Of a stretch of DNA of 11,418 bases, positions 1-10,350 are shown in pieces. The translations under genes were made by a program, and so were the position numbers. The notes beneath the pieces are model-generated. The model did no database searches. It was not told the DNA's origin and saw only the letters and a list, made by a program, of their open reading frames with translations. Location: contig CM119266.1 of the NCBI GenBank assembly GCA_051294375.1, positions 23,043,719-23,055,136 of the forward strand. The letters run 5' to 3'. The DNA comes from Paraspadella gotoi (Eukaryota > Animalia > Chaetognatha). Each line of letters opens with the position of its first letter. Position 1 is the stretch's first letter.

Positions 1-18
1 AGAGAGAGAGAGAGAGAG
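1..18. repeat. (AG)9 microsatellite, truncated by window edge
   Basis: Direct read of the sequence. Confidence 0.95.
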
Positions 19-84
19 GATCGGGGCAGGAAAATCGAGGCGAATTGTTCGAAGGCTGACGAGATGAGGAGACCAGAGATGAGG

Positions 85-154
85 GGGAGATGGGAGATGG
101 GAGATGGGAAATGGGAAATGGGAAATGGGTAATGGGAAATGGGAGATTGGAGAT
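85..154 (+). repeat. 7-bp tandem repeat GGGARAT, 10 units
   Basis: Units in exact 7-bp phase: GGGAGAT x3, GGGAAAT x3, GGGTAAT, GGGAAAT, GGGAGAT, TGGAGAT. Confidence 0.93.
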
Positions 155-542
155 GGAAGAAGGAAACTTGAACGATGGAGGATAAGATAAAAGATATAAG
201 CCGAGAGATGTGATATAGTGAACTCATACTTTTTAGACTATAGTTAAGTTAACTTCTATATGTATATTCTTTAAAAAAAACAAAGAGCCATAATAAATTT
301 TTAAAAATTTTTTTTTTAAATTGCCTTACAAAAATTGGATTATTTTTGAAATATTTTTGGACGAACGATATTTTTGAGCATTAGAGATTAGAGAACCAAA
401 ATTTTTTGGCACTCAGTTTGAAAATTTGAAACAGAATTCAAAAACCGCAAGAAGAAAACTTAAGAAATAAACAGAAAAATTAGACGAGCTCGTTGTTTGC
501 GGTTGAAATAAGAAAATTTATCAAGCCGAAGTTGATCCAACT

Positions 543-550
543 CAAAAAGA

Positions 551-587
<37 letters not shown>

Positions 588-704
588 AATTTCTTTCCGA
601 TTTTCGGTCTCGCCCAATCGCGATCTCTTCCGCTTCGTTCCACTCATTATTTCGTCGTTTATTTCATTCGTTCCATCGATCGAAAGAGAACAAAAAGAGC
701 ATCT
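543..704. repeat. 14-bp direct repeat CAAAAAGAGCATCT (543-556 and 691-704) bracketing 134 bp
   Basis: Exact 14-mer identity read at both positions. The bases either side differ. Confidence 0.85.
555..584. repeat. (CT)15 microsatellite
   Basis: Direct read. Confidence 0.95.
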
Positions 705-727
705 TCATCTTTTTTAAGTCTTCTCTT

Positions 728-754
728 GTCGTCGTCGTCGTCGTCGTCGTCGTC
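728..754. repeat. (GTC)9 microsatellite
   Basis: Direct read. Confidence 0.95.
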
Positions 755-895
755 GCAACAAAGAAGTTGTTGTTGTCATTTAACCAAGTGGATCAGTGAC
801 TAAACCCGAAAGCATGACAGACAAAAAGGTAGAAAATAATGAAAGCTTGACCGGTTGAGCAATCTGTATGACGAGTTACCAGAGATTCTAACTTC

Positions 896-1177
896 NNNNN
901 NNNNNNNNNNNNNNNNNNNNNNNNNNNNNNNNNNNNNNNNNNNNNNNNNNNNNNNNNNNNNNNNNNNNNNNNNNNNNNNNNNNNNNNNNNNNNNNNNNNN
1001 NNNNNNNNNNNNNNNNNNNNNNNNNNNNNNNNNNNNNNNNNNNNNNNNNNNNNNNNNNNNNNNNNNNNNNNNNNNNNNNNNNNNNNNNNNNNNNNNNNNN
1101 NNNNNNNNNNNNNNNNNNNNNNNNNNNNNNNNNNNNNNNNNNNNNNNNNNNNNNNNNNNNNNNNNNNNNNNNNNNNN
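896..1177. other. Assembly gap (282 N)
   Basis: N run. Confidence 0.99.
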
Positions 1178-1282
1178 GGCGAACCCTTTTCCAGTTTCAT
1201 GCCGATTTTCGCGCGTCGATGCGTCGACGACGGAGACAACAAAATTTCATTAGTTTTCCTCGCTCGAGTTTTGCGGCGAAGT

Positions 1283-1308
1283 CGACGACGACTACGACGA
1301 CGACGACG
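1283..1308. repeat. Imperfect (CGA/GAC)n microsatellite
   Basis: CGACGACGACTACGACGACGACGACG. Confidence 0.85.
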
Positions 1309-1671
1309 TCTTGATAAATGAATACTTGTATTCCTTCCGCTTTCGAGGATCCAACCTGATGAAGGTAGGTGTGGGTTTGGCTGCTGTTCGGGTGGGTTTT
1401 AGCGGACCGCGGAGTAGTTCGTCATCGTATAGACTCTCTGTGTTCCTATCAAAACAGATAATTCAATGACTAATATCTATAATTAATGTTAATTTTTATT
1501 AAATAATATATCACACAATATAACCCACATTTTTCTTGATATAAGATATATTACCAGTGTTTAACTCGTAGAAGACGTATGTTAAGAACAAAAACACAGT
1601 CAGTGTGGCGCTCTCTCTGTTTTTGTCTCCCTCGCAAAACAGCAGATTTTGTTTGGTTCGACTTCACGGGT

Positions 1672-1746
1672 GCCGCCGCCACCGCCACCGCCAACGCCAC
1701 CCCCGCCGCCGCCGCCGCCACCGCCGACGTCGCCGCCGCCGCCGCC
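1672..1746. repeat. Imperfect (GCC/ACC)n trinucleotide tract, 25 triplets
   Basis: Mostly GCC with ACC, AAC, CCC, GAC and GTC variants, all in one triplet phase. Confidence 0.9.
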
Positions 1747-1812
1747 GATAAACAAATGACGCTGGATTCCTTGGCATCAGCGTTTTGCAGTCGGGCGTTG
1801 ATGGATGAGGTC

Positions 1813-1931
<119 letters not shown>

Positions 1932-2486
1932 ACTTCCTTGTACAATCGGGTAAGTTCGGGTCGAGTCAGAGATCGAAAACTTTCACAAAAAGAAAAAAAA
2001 ACGTGAATCGTTTCACTGAATTGCGAATACTTACATGGAAAATTCCGTGGTAGAAGTAGTTCATCACACTAGTGAGGCTTCAACCCATTTTTAATAAAGC
2101 AATTATGCATTTTAAAACTCATACGATTCACAATTTTCTTGATAACGAATTAGCTAATATCCTGCCATTCAAAATATAGACTTCAAATATAAGATAGTCT
2201 TTCGAGTAAGATGTCCTTTCGTTCTTTTTCCCGATCACTCCACTTCTTCAAAGCTCCAATGCTCGGTCCTTCGCCACCCTTTCTCCACAGCCCCTTCCAA
2301 ACCCCCAACTTATTCCAAACCCCAGCACCGTCGTCGCGCCCTGGCGCCAACGATAAAACTGATGATTTCAAACCTTTTTTTTTTACTCGCGAAAAAAAAG
2401 TTCTATATTCTAACTCGAGTTTTCCTCGTTTTTCAAAAGGATCAGCAATTTTTTTTATTTTCTCCGACGCGAAGTAAATTCATCAG

Positions 2487-2489
<3 letters not shown>

Positions 2490-2548
<59 letters not shown>
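2490..2548. repeat. (AG)n microsatellite, ~29 units with one AA interruption
   Basis: Direct read, interruption at 2521-2522. Confidence 0.96.
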
Positions 2549-2549
<1 letters not shown>

Positions 2550-3457
2550 GCGTTGGCTGCCGCCAAAGACGAAGAGAGGCTTTGTTATCTCATTAGTTTC
2601 TACCAACCGCGTGTCGCTACAACGAAACATATGGAGGTTTTTTTAATTTTTCGCTTTTCGTGCAGATTTTATCCTCCGTTCTTCTTTATTACAAATCCTC
2701 TCTGTCTCTATTTATTTCCTTCCCTCTTATCACTTTCCAGTTCCCACCCATCGATCAATCTACTCACCCCCAAAAGTTCCCTCACCTTTCCTATCTCCGT
2801 TTCCGTTTCTCCGCTCTCTCCCACTTCTCAATTTCGTCACGCCTCATTTAACGCGCTCCCAGTCTCCCTCGTCGCTCCTTCCACCACATCCCCGCCTCCA
2901 TCACACTTCCTCCCCCCACCGTCTGAACAACTTCCCGATTCTCCCGGGAGGATAAAAGTTGCGAGGCGCGACTTTTTTTTTCATATCATCAAAACAGATG
3001 TCGCCACGAATCATTTATTTCGTTGAATGCGTCGATTCTCCGCCCGCGCGACTTCGCCCTTTCGCCCGATCCAACTTTCACTTATTCTTTTCCGACGAAC
3101 AACTAAAACACTAGTATGATATTTGTACAACCAAAGTACGTGGTAAGTTCTGAGATGGCAGCTGGCGTTCCTGCTGCAATTTCAAGACGAAAAAAGCCAA
3201 CATGAATAACTATGTCGCTTTGAAACTTTCCCTTGTAACTCATAATCGTTCATTCTGCTTATTCCTGATTCTCTATCAACCAAACTCTGATCGAACATTC
3301 TCAAATTAAAACTGGAGTAGGAAATGTAATTTAAACCGTAAAAGATTGTAACAATGCTGTCAAAAATCACAACAACTCCTAAAGCTATAATTTTATCAGA
3401 ACAACTCGCTCCTTAAAAAGACTCATCCCTATTCGACTCCACTCCACTTTCATTCCA

Positions 3458-3495
3458 CCCTACCCCCGTCCCTACCCCCCCTATCCCCCCTCCCC
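3458..3495 (-). other. C-run cluster (G-quadruplex-compatible on the minus strand)
   Basis: CCC-TA-CCCCC-GT-CCC-TA-CCCCCCC-TAT-CCCCCC-T-CCCC: six C3+ runs with 1-3 nt loops. Confidence 0.7.
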
Positions 3496-3915
3496 AATCT
3501 CTCGCAACCACCAACGCCGTAATTTCCCTTTCCATCGCATCTCGAAGTCACATCAGGACTCGAACTCTTGTTTGTTCTCAATAAACTCAACGTTTTCCAA
3601 ATCATTGACTTCGGTTTAGTTTCCTTGATTATCTACTGATTCCTTTCACTTTGCTTTCCTTTTTTTTCCTTTTACTCTTTTTTTTTCCTATTCTTTTTTT
3701 TTTCGCTTTTGCTAATGATGTTGGAGTTTTACTCGTGAACAGGGAGAATTGAAAAGGAAAAAAAAAGGGGAAAGAAGTCGTGTTGTGAATGAATCATTGC
3801 AAGAAATTATTGAATGCTCTCGATCATAAAAGTCCCATCATGAATTTCATCTCGCTTCATAAAACTGGGGTTTAGATTTAACATTTCAGTTAGTGCCTTT
3901 GATTTATGAGTTTGG

Positions 3916-3966
3916 ATGTGTCTTTTTTGTGTGTGCTTTTATGTGTGAGTGTGTTAGTGTGTGTGT
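3916..3966. repeat. Degenerate GT/T-rich low-complexity tract
   Basis: Short (GT)n runs interrupted by T runs. Confidence 0.6.
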
Positions 3967-4342
3967 TTCATGTTTTTCTTTTCTTTTAGAAGTTTTTGCT
4001 TTTTTCCCCCCTTATCTCTTTTGACTCGATAAATTTACCCGCTTTCTTTTCTAACGTCCCTTTTGTTATTTCGTCCTCATGCAAAATCCAGGGTTTGCTC
4101 TTTTGTTCCCCCGCTCCTCTGCCTTTTGTCGGAAATCGCCATCTTTGTTTACCGTTTGGTCGCTAGGGTTTTCTTTTAGTAGCTATGGAAACAAGGATGC
4201 GCGCTCAGAACGACGCGAGAAAGAGAAACAAGGGAAAGCTTTTTCTCTCCCACCCTGTACCTTGAATTCGCGTTCGAGCTTCTTACTTCCCCAAAAGTCG
4301 ATTTTCTTGCGTCGGGCTCTTTGGAAAATTGCTGCAAATCTT

Positions 4343-4973
4343 NNNNNNNNNNNNNNNNNNNNNNNNNNNNNNNNNNNNNNNNNNNNNNNNNNNNNNNNNN
4401 NNNNNNNNNNNNNNNNNNNNNNNNNNNNNNNNNNNNNNNNNNNNNNNNNNNNNNNNNNNNNNNNNNNNNNNNNNNNNNNNNNNNNNNNNNNNNNNNNNNN
4501 NNNNNNNNNNNNNNNNNNNNNNNNNNNNNNNNNNNNNNNNNNNNNNNNNNNNNNNNNNNNNNNNNNNNNNNNNNNNNNNNNNNNNNNNNNNNNNNNNNNN
4601 NNNNNNNNNNNNNNNNNNNNNNNNNNNNNNNNNNNNNNNNNNNNNNNNNNNNNNNNNNNNNNNNNNNNNNNNNNNNNNNNNNNNNNNNNNNNNNNNNNNN
4701 NNNNNNNNNNNNNNNNNNNNNNNNNNNNNNNNNNNNNNNNNNNNNNNNNNNNNNNNNNNNNNNNNNNNNNNNNNNNNNNNNNNNNNNNNNNNNNNNNNNN
4801 NNNNNNNNNNNNNNNNNNNNNNNNNNNNNNNNNNNNNNNNNNNNNNNNNNNNNNNNNNNNNNNNNNNNNNNNNNNNNNNNNNNNNNNNNNNNNNNNNNNN
4901 NNNNNNNNNNNNNNNNNNNNNNNNNNNNNNNNNNNNNNNNNNNNNNNNNNNNNNNNNNNNNNNNNNNNNNNNN
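4343..4973. other. Assembly gap (631 N)
   Basis: N run. Confidence 0.99.
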
Positions 4974-5703
4974 TCACTCACTCCCCTTACGTTTTAAAGA
5001 ATTAATAGAGCTCGAGCAGGTCGATTAAAACGTTTAATGCCTTCAGGCAAGCAAAACTGAGAAGCTCCCTGAATTACCGGAAGGTCCTAGCATTTGGAAT
5101 GATTTATTCAATGCTGTGAGCCTGTGACATATACGAAAATACAATATATCTAAAATAAGAAAAAAATTTTAAAATTGACCATAAAAAATTAGCAAAAAAA
5201 TTAAGTTGAACGCCTTTTTAAATTAGCTCAAATCCCTTTTTTCCAAAGCCCTTCGGTTTGTTTATGGCGTCGGGGTCGCTGGCGTCGACGCCGCCGTTGC
5301 CAGCTTGCGTCCGGCGTCCGGCGCCGACAATGAAATCCCGGTGGAATTTCCGGGTTCGTTGATTAATAAGTTTCAACTCGTAAGCAATTTTTTATAAACT
5401 AATATCTCGAGTTTAAAAAAAATGAACTGATTATTCTTACAAAGTTTATTAACATAAAGATGAATTAAAATAATGCGACTTCTATCGGACTCATTAGTAA
5501 CGATGTTGCTCGGCAGGGGGTGGCCGGTGGGGGCTTTCGAAAGATTTGTTAATTTCGCTTTAAACGAGAAAAACTGCTAAATAAGAGTTACAGACATGGT
5601 GCTCTTCTATCATATAAGAAATAAAATTGTTAAAATTAGCAAACAGTCGCGCCCTCAACGATAATATTTTGCATTTTCGTCCTAAGATGTCGCGTTGACC
5701 GAA

Positions 5704-5795
5704 GGCACCGCGTGGTACCGCTTCGCTACTAGTATCACCGCGTGGCACCGCCCGACGGTTCCAGGCGCCGCACGACGTAGCACTGCGCGCACCGT
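5704..5795. repeat. Degenerate 10-bp GC-rich repeat (GGCACCGCGT-like)
   Basis: CACCGCGTGGYACCGC at 5706-5721 and 5736-5751. Related units start at 5704, 5714, 5734, 5744, 5764, 5779 and 5789. Confidence 0.7.
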
Positions 5796-5862
5796 CGAGT
5801 CAGTTCCCATCTGCGATTCGCCTTCCGTTTTGTATCCTGCGATCATTAGTAATTCTTTCAAT

Positions 5863-6073
5863 CCTTTTCCTTCCTCATTCTTCATCTTTCCCCATCTTCT
5901 TTTCCTTTTTTCTCCTTTACTATCTTAACTTTTCCTTTCTCTATTTCTCTTTATTCTTTCTTTTTTTCTATCTTTTCCTTTTTCATTCTTTTTCTTTCTT
6001 TTAATTTTCTTCTTTCATTTCTTTCCTTTTCCATCTTTTTTCTTTTACTTCGATCCATTTTTTTTCTTTTTTC
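5863..6073. repeat. Long T/C-rich polypyrimidine low-complexity tract
   Basis: About 210 bp of TTTC/TTTTC-type units with very few purines, ending about 50 bp before a gap. Confidence 0.9.
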
Positions 6074-6123
6074 TTGCTATATTTTGTCTTTTCCTTCGTA
6101 GTGTCTTCTTTTCATTTACTAAA

Positions 6124-7005
6124 NNNNNNNNNNNNNNNNNNNNNNNNNNNNNNNNNNNNNNNNNNNNNNNNNNNNNNNNNNNNNNNNNNNNNNNNNNNNN
6201 NNNNNNNNNNNNNNNNNNNNNNNNNNNNNNNNNNNNNNNNNNNNNNNNNNNNNNNNNNNNNNNNNNNNNNNNNNNNNNNNNNNNNNNNNNNNNNNNNNNN
6301 NNNNNNNNNNNNNNNNNNNNNNNNNNNNNNNNNNNNNNNNNNNNNNNNNNNNNNNNNNNNNNNNNNNNNNNNNNNNNNNNNNNNNNNNNNNNNNNNNNNN
6401 NNNNNNNNNNNNNNNNNNNNNNNNNNNNNNNNNNNNNNNNNNNNNNNNNNNNNNNNNNNNNNNNNNNNNNNNNNNNNNNNNNNNNNNNNNNNNNNNNNNN
6501 NNNNNNNNNNNNNNNNNNNNNNNNNNNNNNNNNNNNNNNNNNNNNNNNNNNNNNNNNNNNNNNNNNNNNNNNNNNNNNNNNNNNNNNNNNNNNNNNNNNN
6601 NNNNNNNNNNNNNNNNNNNNNNNNNNNNNNNNNNNNNNNNNNNNNNNNNNNNNNNNNNNNNNNNNNNNNNNNNNNNNNNNNNNNNNNNNNNNNNNNNNNN
6701 NNNNNNNNNNNNNNNNNNNNNNNNNNNNNNNNNNNNNNNNNNNNNNNNNNNNNNNNNNNNNNNNNNNNNNNNNNNNNNNNNNNNNNNNNNNNNNNNNNNN
6801 NNNNNNNNNNNNNNNNNNNNNNNNNNNNNNNNNNNNNNNNNNNNNNNNNNNNNNNNNNNNNNNNNNNNNNNNNNNNNNNNNNNNNNNNNNNNNNNNNNNN
6901 NNNNNNNNNNNNNNNNNNNNNNNNNNNNNNNNNNNNNNNNNNNNNNNNNNNNNNNNNNNNNNNNNNNNNNNNNNNNNNNNNNNNNNNNNNNNNNNNNNNN
7001 NNNNN
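6124..7005. other. Assembly gap (882 N)
   Basis: N run. Confidence 0.99.
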
Positions 7006-7848
7006 GAAGCAAAAAATTTTCGCAGTGATAGTTTCTTACTTTCTTTGAGAGTTCTTCTTGTTTGTCCTCTATTGCTTCTAAACGGGGAAATATATTTTTT
7101 ACTTTAAAAATCATTTACATATAGGAGTCAAAAAGTAAAATCCTGCTCTCATAATTTACAATTCACTTTTTTACAATTATTTTCTAATCAATAAATTTAA
7201 AATAAAAATTTCTTGATTAGGATAAAAATTTAAGCTATTTGCTCTTGTCAAATGGCTTATGAGACGCAGTAGCTATTTTAGACAGTCGAAACAACACCGG
7301 GACTGCGATCGCCTACTATACTACAAAAATGTATATAGGCGAAATTTACAAATTATTTCGGTCTTCTTTCTTAACGTTTCTTATCATTTTATGCTTCTAT
7401 TTTTTATATTAGTGTCATTTGATGTCTGTCTTTGAAGTTAGCTTAGTTTTATTTTTTAGAGCGTAGTTACTGATTTTGTTATCGAATATGTATTGATAAA
7501 AAAAGGTTTTACGAGAGCTTTCAGGATAATAATACACTTTGAGTTCCCTACCTCATCTAACGATAATTTGTGATTGTGACTTTCGTCAATAAATAACGAA
7601 GTACTGAACCAGCTACTTATTCTATACATTTTAAGGATTCGAGAAGAAATGGGATTTCTATTTGTATCTACGAGTAAGTTGTGCGCGAGAGGCCCTTTTC
7701 CTAACCCGTCTTTACCCCTATCATTCTTTTGTTAATTGCGTTGTTCAGCAATCTCTAATGATATCATTTCGTTTTAAATTTCATTTATAAAACTAACTTT
7801 CTCCCGACGACCTTCCCTGTCGCTTCTTCCTGTCCTCCATTCTCCTCT

Positions 7849-7869
7849 TCCTCCTCCTCCTCCTCCTCC
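7849..7869. repeat. (TCC)7 microsatellite within a C/T-rich tract (~7800-7915)
   Basis: Direct read. Confidence 0.9.
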
Positions 7870-7954
7870 CCCCATCTCCTCCGTCGTCCTCTCATCTCTC
7901 CCTCTTCCTGTCGGCTTCACATGACTAATGCTTCTCCGGCGATCCGTCTTCGGA

Positions 7955-7996
7955 TCCTATGGTGCTCCTATGGTGCTCTCATGGTGTCCTAGTTGT
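7955..7996. repeat. 11-bp minisatellite TCCTATGGTGC, about 3.5 decaying copies
   Basis: TCCTATGGTGC TCCTATGGTGC TCTCATGGTG TCCTAGTTGT. Confidence 0.8.
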
Positions 7997-8037
7997 TCAC
8001 CCAAGAATAGAGAATACAGGGAACATGCCTTAACGAT

Positions 8038-8427
8038 NNNNNNNNNNNNNNNNNNNNNNNNNNNNNNNNNNNNNNNNNNNNNNNNNNNNNNNNNNNNNNN
8101 NNNNNNNNNNNNNNNNNNNNNNNNNNNNNNNNNNNNNNNNNNNNNNNNNNNNNNNNNNNNNNNNNNNNNNNNNNNNNNNNNNNNNNNNNNNNNNNNNNNN
8201 NNNNNNNNNNNNNNNNNNNNNNNNNNNNNNNNNNNNNNNNNNNNNNNNNNNNNNNNNNNNNNNNNNNNNNNNNNNNNNNNNNNNNNNNNNNNNNNNNNNN
8301 NNNNNNNNNNNNNNNNNNNNNNNNNNNNNNNNNNNNNNNNNNNNNNNNNNNNNNNNNNNNNNNNNNNNNNNNNNNNNNNNNNNNNNNNNNNNNNNNNNNN
8401 NNNNNNNNNNNNNNNNNNNNNNNNNNN
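8038..8427. other. Assembly gap (390 N)
   Basis: N run. Confidence 0.99.
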
Positions 8428-8587
8428 TTTTTTTCTATGTTTTTTATTATTTTCCCTTTCCTTTTTTTTTAATATTACTTTCCTTTTTATTCTCCTTTTT
8501 TATTCTCCATTTTATTTCCCCGGAGAGAAAAACATTGTCGTCGATAACAAATTCATCTCCGACGACGCGTTCGGCTTCCGAAGAGAA

Positions 8588-8628
8588 GGGGGAGTGGAGG
8601 GGGGGCGTAGGGGGCGTGGCAGAGGGGG
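8588..8628 (+). promoter_or_regulatory. G-run cluster with Sp/KLF-type GC box (GGGGCGTGGC, 8611-8620); G-quadruplex-compatible
   Basis: G5-AGTGGA-G7-CGTA-G5-CGTGGCAGA-G5. Motif match only, with no functional evidence. Confidence 0.35.
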
Positions 8629-9093
8629 TTCGTGCGTCTGATAAGCGCCGCCTCGCGGGAAGAGGTTAATTTAAATGGGACGACGAGGCTGAGTTCGATG
8701 TACAACAATCGAAGGACGAAGAGGTTTATTCGATGGAACTTCGTTAAAAGGTTCGTTGCGTTAAATTTAATTTAACTTTTTAATTTCATTAAAAACTTGC
8801 TCAATTGAGTAGTTTAAGACAATTCGTTTGGGTTTAAAGGCAACAATAAGAACGACGCGACGAAAACGTTGATGACAACAACAGCGGTGACGATGACGAC
8901 GTCGTCGATAAAGATGATTTCTCGGAAATGTCGCGCGTCATTTTCTTCCAGTTGAACCGCGAAAATCGGTTCTCGCTTCTCCTCTTCTTTTTATACTCAC
9001 GTATATCGCACGTTACTCAATCTATTTTCAACCCAAACTCAAACAAACATACTCGCTAATCAACTTTCTTATCCAACAGCCACTTGTCCTCCC

Positions 9094-9118
9094 NNNNNNN
9101 NNNNNNNNNNNNNNNNNN
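9094..9118. other. Assembly gap (25 N, probably a placeholder length)
   Basis: N run of exactly 25. Confidence 0.97.
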
Positions 9119-9224
9119 AACGAGAAAAGCGATTGTGTTCGGGTTCCAATGATCGATTCCATTGGGTGTGCAGGTCAGATGGCGATAGATTAAGAGAATA
9201 GGCGAGCGGTAGCGAGAGTGAAAA

Positions 9225-9329
9225 GTAAGACAGAGGCAAGACGAGAGAGAGAGCAAGAGAGCAGAGCAGGGAGGGAAGAGGGAGAGGAGAGGACTGAGAG
9301 AGATGAGAGAGAGAGAGAAGAAGGGAGAG
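9225..9329. repeat. Degenerate GA-rich polypurine tract
   Basis: Interrupted (GA)n and GGA runs. Confidence 0.85.
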
Positions 9330-10172
9330 CCGGCTCGGGATCAGCCACCGGAGGGCAGGGTCCCCTCTACTTTTGGTTCTTTTCGGGGTCCCTCGGTTAC
9401 ATCAGATCGACGGAGCAACGAAGACCTGAGACTCATGGTTCTGTGTATACGAGATGACAATCGCGCGATCGCGACAAATTTTACGCTAATTTTCTGACTT
9501 TCTTTTAACTTCCCGGATTTTAGCAAGAAGCCCCGAATATGAAAGTGGCGTTCATTCGTTTCTCCAGGAGCATTCTTTAAGTGATTTATGAAATTATTGT
9601 ATTATTATATATATATGGAGATGTAACAATGGATTTACGTAGTTTTTGAATAGGCGCGCTCAAGGCTTTCGGCCGAACTAACGCAGAATTGGGATATTAT
9701 TTTGTATAGAGAAACTAAAAATCGAACTAATAGCAAGGCCTTTACACAGCGGTACGTAATTTTGATATCAGAGCACACGGAGGCCTGCGGCGATGAGAGT
9801 AATAAATTGACAAAAAAAAATGAAAAATTTCGATAAAAACCAAATAGTCGTCCGAGCGGAGGCGAAGAGGAAGCGTTTGCTTAAGCGAATCTGGCAGTGT
9901 TCTTTTTTTCTCACCGCGAGAGAAGTTTTTCCCTCTTGTCTTAATAATCAAAGCAAGGTTGTGTTTTTGTTTGGACTTCTAATTCTAAACAATTATCGAA
10001 ATTATTAACAATTATAAAATAAAGCACACATGGTATAGGAGCCAATATGAACTAAATTCGGCAGAAATAAAGAAAGTAACTGGCAATTATCACTGGCTTG
10101 AATTCAAAAGGACATATAGCAACTTGACAATAAGCCAGACTGTTCTCCTAGTTTGGCGACGAAGAATCGCGA

Positions 10173-10288
10173 CTCTCTCTCTTCTCTCTCGTCTCCTCTC
10201 CACTCTACCGTCCCACCTCCTCTCCTCTCTCTCCCTCTCTCTCTACATCTCTCGTCTCCTCTCTCTCTCTCTCTCCTTTCTCTTTTTC
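10173..10288. repeat. Degenerate CT-rich polypyrimidine tract
   Basis: Interrupted (CT)n runs. Confidence 0.88.
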
Positions 10289-10350
10289 AATTGCTGCAAA
10301 GAGGCTGTCGCCGCAATTTGAGGTCTTCTCTTGAATGAATCACGACTGCC

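Noticed and set aside
85-154. Interstitial telomeric repeat
   Set aside because: The unit does not match any telomere motif I recognise, and the array is short.
295-310. 16-bp palindrome AAATTTTTAAAAATTT and other A/T hairpins (for example 2374-2400 and 8761-8770)
   Set aside because: Expected by chance in A/T homopolymer-rich DNA.
2553-3026. 157-aa ORF
   Set aside because: TTG start, F/L/S/P-rich composition from pyrimidine-rich DNA, and no recognisable domain.
5704-5795. CRISPR-like repeat-spacer reading of the 16-bp repeat (also CTCAGTCCTCAC x3)
   Set aside because: Repeats are too short and too few, spacers are too short or uneven, there are no cas genes, and the context is eukaryotic.
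9460-9473. Overlapping 10-bp palindromes ATCGCGCGAT and CGCGATCGCG
   Set aside because: They are short and explained by the window-wide abundance of CG/TCGA words.
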